Source: Clostridiales bacterium
GTDB taxonomy: Bacteria; Bacillota; Clostridia; Oscillospirales; Oscillospiraceae
Direction of reading: 5' to 3'
Length of the DNA stretch: 32,000 nt
Assembly (NCBI GenBank): GCA_029008095.1
Contig: JAQXJB010000025.1
Span: 34,448-66,447 of the forward strand
In this document: positions 23,881 to 31,547 of the stretch, piece after piece
Numbering within the stretch: position 1 is the stretch's first letter
Layout: each line of letters opens with the position of its first letter
Position numbers and translations under genes: made by a program
Notes under the pieces: model-generated
The model's input: only the letters and a program-made list of their open reading frames with translations
What the model was told of the DNA's origin: nothing
The model's database searches: none

Positions 23881-26800
23881 ATGAACACAAAGGTACCCTT
23901 CAGAGAAATGTTTTCCTGCTGCAATTCGGAGGACGGCTTCTTCTCCATATTGGACAAGGCCAACGTCATCTCCGTTTCCGTGGACAGGAAAACAGCCTCC
24001 ATGCGTCTGAAAATAGAATTTCCCGAAACTCCCGCGCCGGTCATCATCGGTCTCATCGAGGAGGGCGTAGCCCGGGAGCTGGAGATAAACAAGGTAACGG
24101 TGGAGCATTTCATCTCCGCGGACGCGGCGAAGAAGGCTTCGCCCCAGACCAGGCTGCCCCGTATGCTGGTGGGCAAAAAGATAATCGGCCACTCCATACC
24201 CATCTCCGAGCTGACCGTCGAGACCGGCCGCTGCGTCGTCACCGGCGAGGTGTTCGGCACGGAGCTGCGCGAGGTGCGCAACGGCACGGCCAAGATCCTC
24301 GACTTCAACATAACGGACTACACCGGCAGCCTCCGGGTCTCCAAGTTCCTCCGGGGCGAGGAGGACGCGGCCTATGAGGCTATTACCGACGGCATGTATA
24401 TAACCGTGCAGGGCATGGTGAGCTATAACCGCTGGCACGGCGATATCAGCATGGAGCCCGCCGCCGTGCGCCAGGACGAGAAGCCCGTCCGCAAGGACAA
24501 CTACTCCGGCGAGAAGCGCGTTGAGCTGCATCTGCACAGCCGCTATTCCGCCCTTGACGCGCTCACGGACATCGGCGACGTTGTAAAAACCGCCGCGAAA
24601 TGGGGTCATAAGGCCATCGCCCTCACCGACCACGGCGTGGCGCAGGGCTTCCCGGAGCTTTGCAGCGCCGGAAAAAAGAACGGCATCAAGGTCATCTACG
24701 GCGTGGAGGGCTATTACATAAACGATGTGGACGACCGCGTGGTAGTCCACGGCGACGGCGACTTCCCTCTTGAGGGCGAGTTCGTGGCCTTTGATCTGGA
24801 GACCACCGGCCTTTCCCCGGAAAACGACCGCATCACCGAGATAGGCGCGGTCATAATGAAGGACGGCAAGGAGACAGACCGCTTCCAGACCTTCGTTGAC
24901 CCCGGCAGGAGCATCCCCTATGAGGTGACGAAGCTCACGGGCATCCGGGACAGTGACGTAAAGGGCGCGCCCTCCGAGGCCGAGGCTGTAGGCGAGTTCA
25001 TGAAATTCGTGGGCGGGCGTCCCGTTGTGGCGCACAACGCCGATTTCGACACCGCCTTCATTGCCAACGCCTGCGGACGCATGGGCATTGAATATGACCT
25101 GACCAGCCTTGACACGCTGGTGCTGGCTCAGAACCTGCTGCCCGAGCTGAAAAAGTTCACTCTGGACAGCGTGGCGAATTATCTTTCCCTCCCGGACTTC
25201 AACCATCACCGGGCCTCCGACGACGCCCTGACCTGCGGCCTGCTGCTGCCCCATTTCTTCAAGCGCCTGCGGGAGCTGGGCGTAGAGCGGGTGGCCGATA
25301 TCAACGCGGCGATGATACCCCTGCGCAACAAGGGAAACAGCCGCCGCCAGCCAAAGCACATTATCATCCTTGTAAAGGAGCAGAAGGGCATCCGCAACCT
25401 TTACGAGATCATTTCCCGCGCCCATCTGGAGCATTTCAAAAAGTACCCCATCATCCCCAAGAGCCTGCTCATGCGCCTGCGGGACGGCCTTATCATCGGC
25501 TCTGCCTGCGAGGCGGGAGAGATATTCAAGGCCGTTGTCAGCGGCAAGAGCATGCGGGAGCTGAAGCGGCTGGGCGAGTTTTATGATTTCCTTGAAATTC
25601 AGCCCATCTGCAACAACGCCTTCATGGTTCGCAACGGTACCGCCCGGGACGATGAGCAGCTTCGCGACTTCAACCGCCGGGTGGTGGAGCTGGCGGACGA
25701 GCTGGGAAAGCCCGTGGTCGCCACCGGCGACGTGCATTTTCTTGAGCCGGAGCATGAGATATTCCGCCGTATACTCCTTTCCAACAAGTTCTCCGATTCG
25801 GATTACCCTCTGCCCCTCTACCTGAAAACCACCGAGGAAATGATGGAGGAATTCGCCTACCTCGGCCCTCAGAAGTGCTATGACGTGGTCATCGGCAATT
25901 CCAACCTCATCGCGGATATGTGCGATGAGGTAGCGCCCCTGCCTACCGGCCTTTTCGCACCGAAAATCGAAAATTCCGCCGAGGAGCTTCAGAGCCTTGT
26001 TTACGGCAAGGTCAACGCCCTCTACGGCGATAACCCTCCCGAGCTTATCACCAAGCGCCTTGAGACGGAGCTGGGCGGTATCATAGGCCGCGGCTACGAT
26101 GTTATATATATGAGCGCCCAGAAGCTTGTTGCCAAGTCTCTCGCCGCCGGTTATCTGGTGGGCTCCCGAGGCTCCGTGGGCTCGTCCCTCGTGGCCTTCA
26201 TGTCCGGCATAACGGAGGTAAACTCCCTCCCCGCCCATTACCGCTGCCCCAACTGCAAGCACTCGGACTTTGAGGCGGGCAAGGACTACGGCTGCGGCGT
26301 AGACATGCCCGACGCATACTGCCCCGTCTGCGGCACGAAGTACGTCAAGGACGGCTTCGACATACCCTTTGAGACCTTCCTGGGCTTCGCGGGCGACAAG
26401 GTTCCCGATATCGACCTGAACTTCTCCGGCGAATATCAGGCCCGCGCCCATAAGGACACCATCGACCTCTTCGGAGAATCCCACGTTTTCCGCGCGGGCA
26501 CCATCGGCACCATAGCGGAAAAGACGGCCTACGGCTACGTCAAGAAATATCTTGAGGAGCGCGGCATGCGCGTTTCCAAGGTGGAGGAGGACCGTCTCGC
26601 CCGGGGCTTTACCGGCGTCAAGCGCACCACGGGTCAGCATCCCGGCGGCCTGGTGGTCATACCCCAGGATCACGAGATATACGACTTCTGCCCGGTGCAG
26701 CACCCCGCCGACGACCCGGATACCGACATCATCACCACCCATTTTGAATACCACAGCATGGAGAGCAACCTCCTGAAGCTGGACATGCTGGGTCATGATG

Positions 26801-27825
26801 ACCCGACCATGATAAAGTATCTGGAGGAATTCACCGGTGTGGACGCCAAGTCCATCCCTCTGGACGACCCGGAGACCATGCGCCTGTTCATCACTCCGGA
26901 GGCTCTCGGCATCCCCGAGGGCGACCCCATCATCGGCAAGACCGGTTCCATCGCCGTGCCCGAATTCGGCACGAAGTTTACCCGGGAAATGCTGGCCGAC
27001 ACCCAGCCTAAGAAGTTTTCGACTCTGGTTCGCCTTTCCGGCTTCTCCCACGGTACCGACGTATGGCTGGGCAACGCCAAGGACCTTATCACCAGCGGCA
27101 CCGCCTCCGTTGACCAGGCCATCGGCTGCCGTGACGACATTATGATATACCTCATAAGCTGCGGCGTGCCGCCCAAGGACTCCTTCAGCATCATGGAGAA
27201 GGTGCGTAAGGGCAAGGGCCTTTCCACCGAGCACGAGCAGGAAATGCGGGATTACGGCGTGCCGGATTGGTACATTGATTCCTGCAAGAAGATAAAATAC
27301 CTCTTCCCCAAGGCTCACGCCGTGGCCTATGTCACTATGGCCGTGCGTATCGCGTGGTTCAAGGTACACCGTCCCGAGGCCTTTTACTGCGCCTATTTCA
27401 GCGTCCGCGCCCCGGCCTTCGACCTTGAGGTAATGTCCGGCGGAGCGGACAGCATCCGCCGCAAGATAAACGAGATAGAGGCCAAGCAGGACGCGAAGCA
27501 GGCGGAAAAGGATCTGCTCACCGCCCTTGAGGTGGCCTACGAGATGTATCTGCGCGGCATCGAGTTCGCCCCCGTGGACCTTTACCGCAGCGAAGCCACC
27601 AAATTCAAGATAGACGGCCACCGCCTCATCCCGCCCTTTACCGCCATCACCGGCCTCGGTGAATCCGCCGCGCTGGATATCGTGGCGCACCGGGACGAGC
27701 GCTTCCTCTCCATTGAGGAATTTTCCGCCGCCTGCCCCAAGGTATCCAAGACCCACATTGAGCAGCTCAAGGAGGCCGGCGCCTTCGGGGATATCCCCGA
27801 TACCGCCCAGATATCCCTGTTTTGA
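23881..27825 (+). CDS. polC: DNA polymerase III alpha subunit, PolC type
   Basis: 1314 aa. PHP motif VELHLHSRYSALDA, inserted DEDDh exonuclease (FVAFDLETTGLSP, HNADFD, HRASDDA), Zn-finger CPNCKH...CPVCG, and the polymerase core. RBS AAGGTGAAAG. Confidence 0.95.
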   Translation: MNTKVPFREMFSCCNSEDGFFSILDKANVISVSVDRKTASMRLKIEFPETPAPVIIGLIEEGVARELEINKVTVEHFISADAAKKASPQTRLPRMLVGKKIIGHSIPISELTVETGRCVVTGEVFGTELREVRNGTAKILDFNITDYTGSLRVSKFLRGEEDAAYEAITDGMYITVQGMVSYNRWHGDISMEPAAVRQDEKPVRKDNYSGEKRVELHLHSRYSALDALTDIGDVVKTAAKWGHKAIALTDHGVAQGFPELCSAGKKNGIKVIYGVEGYYINDVDDRVVVHGDGDFPLEGEFVAFDLETTGLSPENDRITEIGAVIMKDGKETDRFQTFVDPGRSIPYEVTKLTGIRDSDVKGAPSEAEAVGEFMKFVGGRPVVAHNADFDTAFIANACGRMGIEYDLTSLDTLVLAQNLLPELKKFTLDSVANYLSLPDFNHHRASDDALTCGLLLPHFFKRLRELGVERVADINAAMIPLRNKGNSRRQPKHIIILVKEQKGIRNLYEIISRAHLEHFKKYPIIPKSLLMRLRDGLIIGSACEAGEIFKAVVSGKSMRELKRLGEFYDFLEIQPICNNAFMVRNGTARDDEQLRDFNRRVVELADELGKPVVATGDVHFLEPEHEIFRRILLSNKFSDSDYPLPLYLKTTEEMMEEFAYLGPQKCYDVVIGNSNLIADMCDEVAPLPTGLFAPKIENSAEELQSLVYGKVNALYGDNPPELITKRLETELGGIIGRGYDVIYMSAQKLVAKSLAAGYLVGSRGSVGSSLVAFMSGITEVNSLPAHYRCPNCKHSDFEAGKDYGCGVDMPDAYCPVCGTKYVKDGFDIPFETFLGFAGDKVPDIDLNFSGEYQARAHKDTIDLFGESHVFRAGTIGTIAEKTAYGYVKKYLEERGMRVSKVEEDRLARGFTGVKRTTGQHPGGLVVIPQDHEIYDFCPVQHPADDPDTDIITTHFEYHSMESNLLKLDMLGHDDPTMIKYLEEFTGVDAKSIPLDDPETMRLFITPEALGIPEGDPIIGKTGSIAVPEFGTKFTREMLADTQPKKFSTLVRLSGFSHGTDVWLGNAKDLITSGTASVDQAIGCRDDIMIYLISCGVPPKDSFSIMEKVRKGKGLSTEHEQEMRDYGVPDWYIDSCKKIKYLFPKAHAVAYVTMAVRIAWFKVHRPEAFYCAYFSVRAPAFDLEVMSGGADSIRRKINEIEAKQDAKQAEKDLLTALEVAYEMYLRGIEFAPVDLYRSEATKFKIDGHRLIPPFTAITGLGESAALDIVAHRDERFLSIEEFSAACPKVSKTHIEQLKEAGAFGDIPDTAQISLF

Positions 27826-27857
27826 CCCCTTTCGGGAATTGAATATCCGGCCATTAC

Positions 27858-27892
27858 AGACCCACCGCGGCTCTTGCAGGCGCGGTGGGTCT
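27858..27892 (+). terminator. GC-rich stem-loop downstream of polC (no clear T-tract)
   Basis: AGACCCACCGCG (27858-27869) pairs with CGCGGTGGGTCT (27881-27892) across an 11-nt loop. It is followed by CGGCTTGC, so terminator function is uncertain. Confidence 0.35.
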
Positions 27893-27923
27893 CGGCTTGC
27901 TATACGCACTGCAGCGTAAAGCC

Positions 27924-28027
27924 ATGTCATTCTGACCGAAGGGAAGAATCTCCGCAGTCGGGTTTAGAGTGGCAGTCAAATCAGTGCGGAGATTCTTCGC
28001 ACACGCTTCGCGTGGCTCAGAATGACA
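27924..28027 (-). repeat. ~100-bp TIR hairpin element, copy 9 (orientation B)
   Basis: ATGTCATTCTGACCGAAGGGAAGAATCTCCGCAG...TGGCAGTCAAATCAG...TGCGGAGATTCTTCGCACACGCTTCGCGTGGCTCAGAATGACA. The side hairpin is CACGC-TTC-GCGTG. Confidence 0.9.
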
Positions 28028-28053
28028 AAACTTTAGAGTTTGCGTGTTATACG

Positions 28054-28188
28054 TTACATTCTTCGTGTCATTGCACGGCAGGGACGTGCCCCCCCCTGCA
28101 CGGTAATACGTTTTATCATTACATTGTGCATATTGTTATTGCGTTCCGGCGGGCGACACAATGGTCGCCCCTACGGTGTGATGACGCT
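28054..28188. repeat. REP/BIME-like cluster C (orientation reversed relative to clusters A and B)
   Basis: TTACATT...GCACGGCAGGGACGTGCCCCCCCCTGCAC (a degenerate unit at 28073-28103). A second TTACATTGTGCATATTGTTATTGC follows, then the unit GGGCGAC-ACAATG-GTCGCCC-CTAC at 28151-28174. Confidence 0.7.
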
Positions 28189-28370
28189 CACAGCAAAAAC
28201 GATAATGGGTATAAACGGAAAGAGCAGCACCGTAGGGGCGTGCATCGCACGCCCGGAGTGGAACGATGCCCACAGCAGAAACGATAATGGGTATAAACGG
28301 AAAGAGCAGCACCGTAGGGGCGTGCATCGCACGCCCGGAGTGGAACGATGCCCACAGCAGAAACAATAAT
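28189..28370. repeat. 82-bp tandem repeat (2 full copies plus a partial third), each copy containing a REP-like unit
   Basis: Units 28189-28270 and 28271-28352 are 81/82 identical. Each contains CAGAAACGATAAT (the reverse complement of the ATTATCGTTTCTG linker) and GTAG-GGGCGTGC-ATC-GCACGCCC (28232-28254 and 28314-28336). A third copy starts at 28353 and then diverges. Confidence 0.9.
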
Positions 28371-28389
28371 ACGGTCAAATGAAAAAATT

Positions 28390-28465
28390 ATGTCATTCTG
28401 AACGCCGTGAAGGAGCTTCGCACCCGCCGTTACATTGGCAGTCAAATTACTGTGGGGGCTCTTAT
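28390..28465 (-). repeat. TIR hairpin element, copy 10 (degenerate, right terminus lost)
   Basis: ATGTCATTCTGAACGCCGTGAAGGAGCTTCGCAC...TTGGCAGTCAAATTACTGTGGGGGCTCTT. Aligns to copy 9, but the arms have decayed. Confidence 0.6.
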
Positions 28466-28470
28466 ATGCC

Positions 28471-28495
28471 TGACTTGCAATAAAATTGCAAGTCA
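28471..28495. promoter_or_regulatory. Perfect 10-bp inverted repeat (candidate operator) abutting the -35 of the metallophosphoesterase promoter
   Basis: TGACTTGCAA-TAAAA-TTGCAAGTCA. Confidence 0.4.
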
Positions 28496-28498
28496 CTG

Positions 28499-28527
28499 TT
28501 GCGAAATCGGGGGAAAAGTATTATAAT
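28499..28527 (+). promoter_or_regulatory. Putative sigma-A promoter
   Basis: TTGCGA (28499-28504), a 17-nt spacer, then TATAAT (28522-28527). Confidence 0.55.
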
Positions 28528-28562
28528 AACTACAATTGGCCTGATGTGCCCGACAAAAGGCG

Positions 28563-29168
28563 GTGAGGAAGATAAAGATATTGGCTGTTTCCGACTTTGA
28601 GAGCAAATTCATATGGGATCATTTTGACCCCACGATCTTCAAGGGTACGGATCTTATCATATCCTGCGGCGATTTGAAGGCATCGTACCTGAGCTATCTT
28701 GTTACCATGATCCCCGCGCCGCTTTTCTATGTCCACGGAAACCATGACGCATCGTATCTTCACTGTCCGCCCGAGGGCTGCACGGATATAGACGGCAAGG
28801 TCATTGAATATAAGGGGCTGCGCATCGCCGGTCTCGGCGGCTGCAAGGGTCTGCGCGCCGGCGCGTATCAGTACAGCGATCTGCAGATGTGGAAGCGGGC
28901 GAAAAAGCTGGAGAGCGGCATCAAAAAGCTCAAAGGGCTGGATATTTTCGTGACTCATGCCGCGCCGCTGGACCGCTGCGACGGTGATGATGAGTTCCAC
29001 CGCGGTTTTGAGGCCTTCTGCCACATCAACGATACATATGAGCCCAGGTACCACTTTTTCGGCCATTGCCATCTGAGCGGCTCCCCGGTGAACAACAAGG
29101 CCGTCACCGTCATGGGCGGCACTACCATGGTGAACACGTCCGGCTACCGCATTATTGAAATGGAATAA
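28563..29168 (+). CDS. Metallophosphoesterase (calcineurin-like) family protein
   Basis: 201 aa with a GTG start. Motifs: ILAVSDFE, CGDL, VHGNHD, VTHAAP, FGHCH. Confidence 0.8.
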   Translation: MRKIKILAVSDFESKFIWDHFDPTIFKGTDLIISCGDLKASYLSYLVTMIPAPLFYVHGNHDASYLHCPPEGCTDIDGKVIEYKGLRIAGLGGCKGLRAGAYQYSDLQMWKRAKKLESGIKKLKGLDIFVTHAAPLDRCDGDDEFHRGFEAFCHINDTYEPRYHFFGHCHLSGSPVNNKAVTVMGGTTMVNTSGYRIIEME

Positions 29169-29220
29169 GTCAAACCGTTTTCAGATACATATATAATAAC
29201 ATATTTGGAGGTAACCTAAC

Positions 29221-30324
29221 ATGAAAATCAAAGCAGCAGTAACCCGTGAAGCGGGCCAGCTTCAGTTTGAAACTCTCGAGCTTGCCGCTCCCAAGGCCGG
29301 CGAAGTCCTTGTAAAGATGGTCGCCTGCGGCGTTTGCCACACCGACGCTTCCGCTATGAAGCAGTTCATTCCCGCAAAGCTTCCCATGGTCATGGGCCAT
29401 GAGGGCGTGGGCATCGTTGAAGAGGTCGGTCCCGGCGTAAACTCCCTGAAGGTCGGCGACCATGTTGTTATGAGCTTCCCCTCCTGCGGATGCTGCGGAC
29501 CCTGCGCTGACGGCAAGCCCTATGCCTGCGAAAAGGGCAGCACCCAACTCTTCTTCGGCGGCGCTTACTCCGACGGCACCACCAGACTTACCGACGAGAA
29601 CGGCGCTGAGGTTTCCCCTCTCTTCGGTCAGGGCGCTTTCGCTGACCACTGCATCGTAGAGGCAAGAAACGCCGTTAAGGTAGACCCCGAGGTGGATCTG
29701 AAGGCTCTCTGCTCTCTCGGCTGCGGCGTTCAGACCGGCGCAGGCGCTGTCCTCTGCCGCATGAAGCCTGAGGCAGGCAGCAGCATCGCTATCTTCGGCG
29801 CAGGCGCTGTCGGCCTGAGTGCCGTTATGGCCGCCAAGATCGCCGGCTGCAGCCCCATCATCGTTATCGACCTGGTCGACTCCCGTCTGGAGATGGCCAA
29901 GGAGATGGGCGCTACCCACGTTATCAACGGCAAGGCCTGCGACGACGTTCCCGCAAAGATCAAGGAGATCTGCAGCGGCCGTGGCGCTGACTACGCTCTC
30001 GAGGCCGTTGGTGTGCCCGTTCTTGTTCAGCAGATGCTCCAGTGCCTCGGCGCCGAGGGACTCGGCGTTCTCGTCGGCGTTACCGGCGACGCCATGATCC
30101 CCGTTCAGGCCAACGCATGGCTCATGGATAAGAACGCATCCTTTGCCGGTGCCGTTGAGGGCGCCGCAAATCCCCAGACCTTCATTCCCAAGCTGGTTTC
30201 CTTCTATAAGGAAGGCCGTCTGCCCATCGACATGATGACCAAGTATTATAAGTTCGAGGATATCGAGCAGGCATTCCATGATTCTCACACTGGTGAGGCG
30301 ATCAAGCCCATCCTCGTGTTCTAA
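29221..30324 (+). CDS. Zinc-dependent NAD(P) alcohol dehydrogenase (MDR family, aryl/benzyl-alcohol-dehydrogenase-like)
   Basis: 367 aa. Catalytic zinc motif GVCHTD...GHEGVGIVEEVG, structural-zinc Cys cluster CGCCGPC...C, and Rossmann motif IFGAGAVGLSAV. RBS GGAGG. Confidence 0.9.
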   Translation: MKIKAAVTREAGQLQFETLELAAPKAGEVLVKMVACGVCHTDASAMKQFIPAKLPMVMGHEGVGIVEEVGPGVNSLKVGDHVVMSFPSCGCCGPCADGKPYACEKGSTQLFFGGAYSDGTTRLTDENGAEVSPLFGQGAFADHCIVEARNAVKVDPEVDLKALCSLGCGVQTGAGAVLCRMKPEAGSSIAIFGAGAVGLSAVMAAKIAGCSPIIVIDLVDSRLEMAKEMGATHVINGKACDDVPAKIKEICSGRGADYALEAVGVPVLVQQMLQCLGAEGLGVLVGVTGDAMIPVQANAWLMDKNASFAGAVEGAANPQTFIPKLVSFYKEGRLPIDMMTKYYKFEDIEQAFHDSHTGEAIKPILVF

Positions 30325-30339
30325 TTCAGTGTGATCAAC

Positions 30340-30373
30340 GGGACGCCACATTTGTGGCGTCCCTGCGCTTTTT
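30340..30373 (+). terminator. Intrinsic terminator after the alcohol dehydrogenase gene
   Basis: GGGACGCCACA (30340-30350) pairs with TGTGGCGTCCC (30353-30363). It is followed by TGCGCTTTTT. Confidence 0.75.
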
Positions 30374-30413
30374 AACGTCGATATGCATCGATATTTTTGA
30401 AAGGATGGCTGAT

Positions 30414-31040
30414 ATGAAAGTTCTGCTTATAAACGGAAGTCCCCACGAGAAGGGCTGCACCTATACCGCCCTTGAGGAGGTCGCCGGTGCGCTGCAGGCA
30501 AACGGCGTGGAGACCGAAATCTTCTGGATAGGCAATAAGCCCATCGGAGGCTGTATCGGCTGCGGCGCCTGCTTCAGGGAGAAAAACGGCTGCGTTTTCG
30601 GAGCGGAGGACGGCGTGAACGAGTGTACCGCCAAGCTGAAGGCGGCCGATGGCGTGGTTATCGGCTCTCCGGTGCATTACGCCTCCGCGGGCGGCAATAT
30701 CTGCGCTTTTCTGGATAGAGTGTTCTACTCCAAGAGCAGCTTCGCGGGAAAGCCGGGCGCGGCCGTTGTGAGCTGCCGCCGCGGCGGAGCAAGCGCGGCC
30801 TTTGACCGTCTTAATAAATATTTCACCATTTCCTCCATGCCCATCGTCAGCTCCACCTATTGGAACAGCGTTCACGGCAATACCCCCGAGCAGGTAAAGC
30901 AGGATCTCGAGGGCCTGCAGGTGATGCGCCATCTGGGCAATAATATGGCCTGGCTGCTCAAGTGCATCGAGGCCGGCAAGGAAAAGGGACTCGACGTACC
31001 CGCACCCGAGCCCAGAGTCAGCACGAATTTTATCAGATAA
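30414..31040 (+). CDS. Flavodoxin-like fold NAD(P)H-dependent FMN reductase / iron-sulfur flavoprotein-like
   Basis: ORF 30354-31040. The ATG at 30414 follows AAAGGA. N-terminus MKVLLINGSPHEKGCT, Cys cluster GGCIGCGAC, and the segment VIGSPVHYASAGG. Confidence 0.8.
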   Translation: MKVLLINGSPHEKGCTYTALEEVAGALQANGVETEIFWIGNKPIGGCIGCGACFREKNGCVFGAEDGVNECTAKLKAADGVVIGSPVHYASAGGNICAFLDRVFYSKSSFAGKPGAAVVSCRRGGASAAFDRLNKYFTISSMPIVSSTYWNSVHGNTPEQVKQDLEGLQVMRHLGNNMAWLLKCIEAGKEKGLDVPAPEPRVSTNFIR

Positions 31041-31050
31041 GAAGTAAAAG

Positions 31051-31091
31051 ACCGTCAGCAGGCCGCGTTTGCGCAATGCTGGCGGTTTTTT
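31051..31091 (+). terminator. Intrinsic terminator after the flavodoxin-like gene
   Basis: ACCGTCAGCA (31051-31060) pairs with TGCTGGCGGT (31077-31086), followed by TTTTTTAT. Confidence 0.65.
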
Positions 31092-31159
31092 ATGCCGCGA
31101 TAAAATGTGGCGTGTCGATATGCAGAATATAACGTATAAATCGCAATATAAAAAGATTT

Positions 31160-31178
31160 GTCATTCTGAGCCCGCCGC
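31160..31178 (+). repeat. Truncated left terminus of a TIR hairpin element (copy 11)
   Basis: GTCATTCTGAGCCCGCCGC is identical to the first 19 nt of copy 1 (88-106). The sequence then runs into the hairpin array. Confidence 0.6.
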
Positions 31179-31192
31179 TTTTCAAACGAAAT

Positions 31193-31411
31193 AAATCCCT
31201 TTCGGGATTTGTGAAATTTGCTTCGCAAGTGAAATACGCCTTCGGCGTGTGAAATGCCTGCTTATCGTGAGTGGCGCGCTTCACTTCCATTGTGCCGGGC
31301 ACAATACTTCACGGCGGCGCAGACGCTGCTTCACTTCCCGGCACAGCCGGGATACTTCACAAAAAAGCGTAAAAACATCGAAAGCACTTGCTGCTGCAGG
31401 TGCTTTTTCAC
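31193..31411 (+). repeat. GTGAAAT/CTTCAC-punctuated hairpin array, copy beta (complete); candidate structured ncRNA
   Basis: Three hairpins, each followed by GTGAAAT (31211, 31229, 31249). GTGAGT at 31267. The mirrored motif CTTCAC/ACTTCAC at 31279, 31306, 31329 and 31354 is interleaved with three more hairpins. The array ends in a 9-bp stem (31383-31404) plus TTTT. Confidence 0.75.
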
Positions 31412-31466
31412 TTTATTTCAGCCCGACTGGGAAATGTAAACAATTCATTACATTTTTTCCGGCGGA

Positions 31467-31495
31467 TTGACTTGGACTGGGGAATTGGGTATAAT
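31467..31495 (+). promoter_or_regulatory. Consensus-like sigma-A promoter upstream of the MarR gene
   Basis: TTGACT (31467-31472), a 17-nt spacer, then TATAAT (31490-31495). Confidence 0.6.
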
Positions 31496-31547
31496 AGGAT
31501 AGTACAAAAACGAACAGTTCGTTAAATAACTTTTTTCGAGGCGATCT

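Noticed and set aside
28189-28370. Possible CRISPR array, either the 82-bp tandem repeat here or the GTGAAAT array at 31193-31360.
   Set aside because: The 82-bp units are contiguous and have no unique spacers. The 7-nt GTGAAAT repeats are far shorter than CRISPR repeats, and the sequences between them are short hairpins. No cas genes are present.
30376-31123. The 11-nt direct repeat GTCGATATGCA flanking the flavodoxin-like gene (30376 and 31113), as possible insertion borders.
   Set aside because: Many 11-mer matches are expected by chance within 32 kb. There is no extended similarity around them and no mobility gene.
18885-31495. Similarity between the cdsA and MarR promoters (TTGAC-N17 ending in TGGGTATAATA) as a shared regulatory element.
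   Set aside because: The shared bases are essentially the sigma-A consensus plus a few adjacent nucleotides, which is insufficient to claim a specific regulon.
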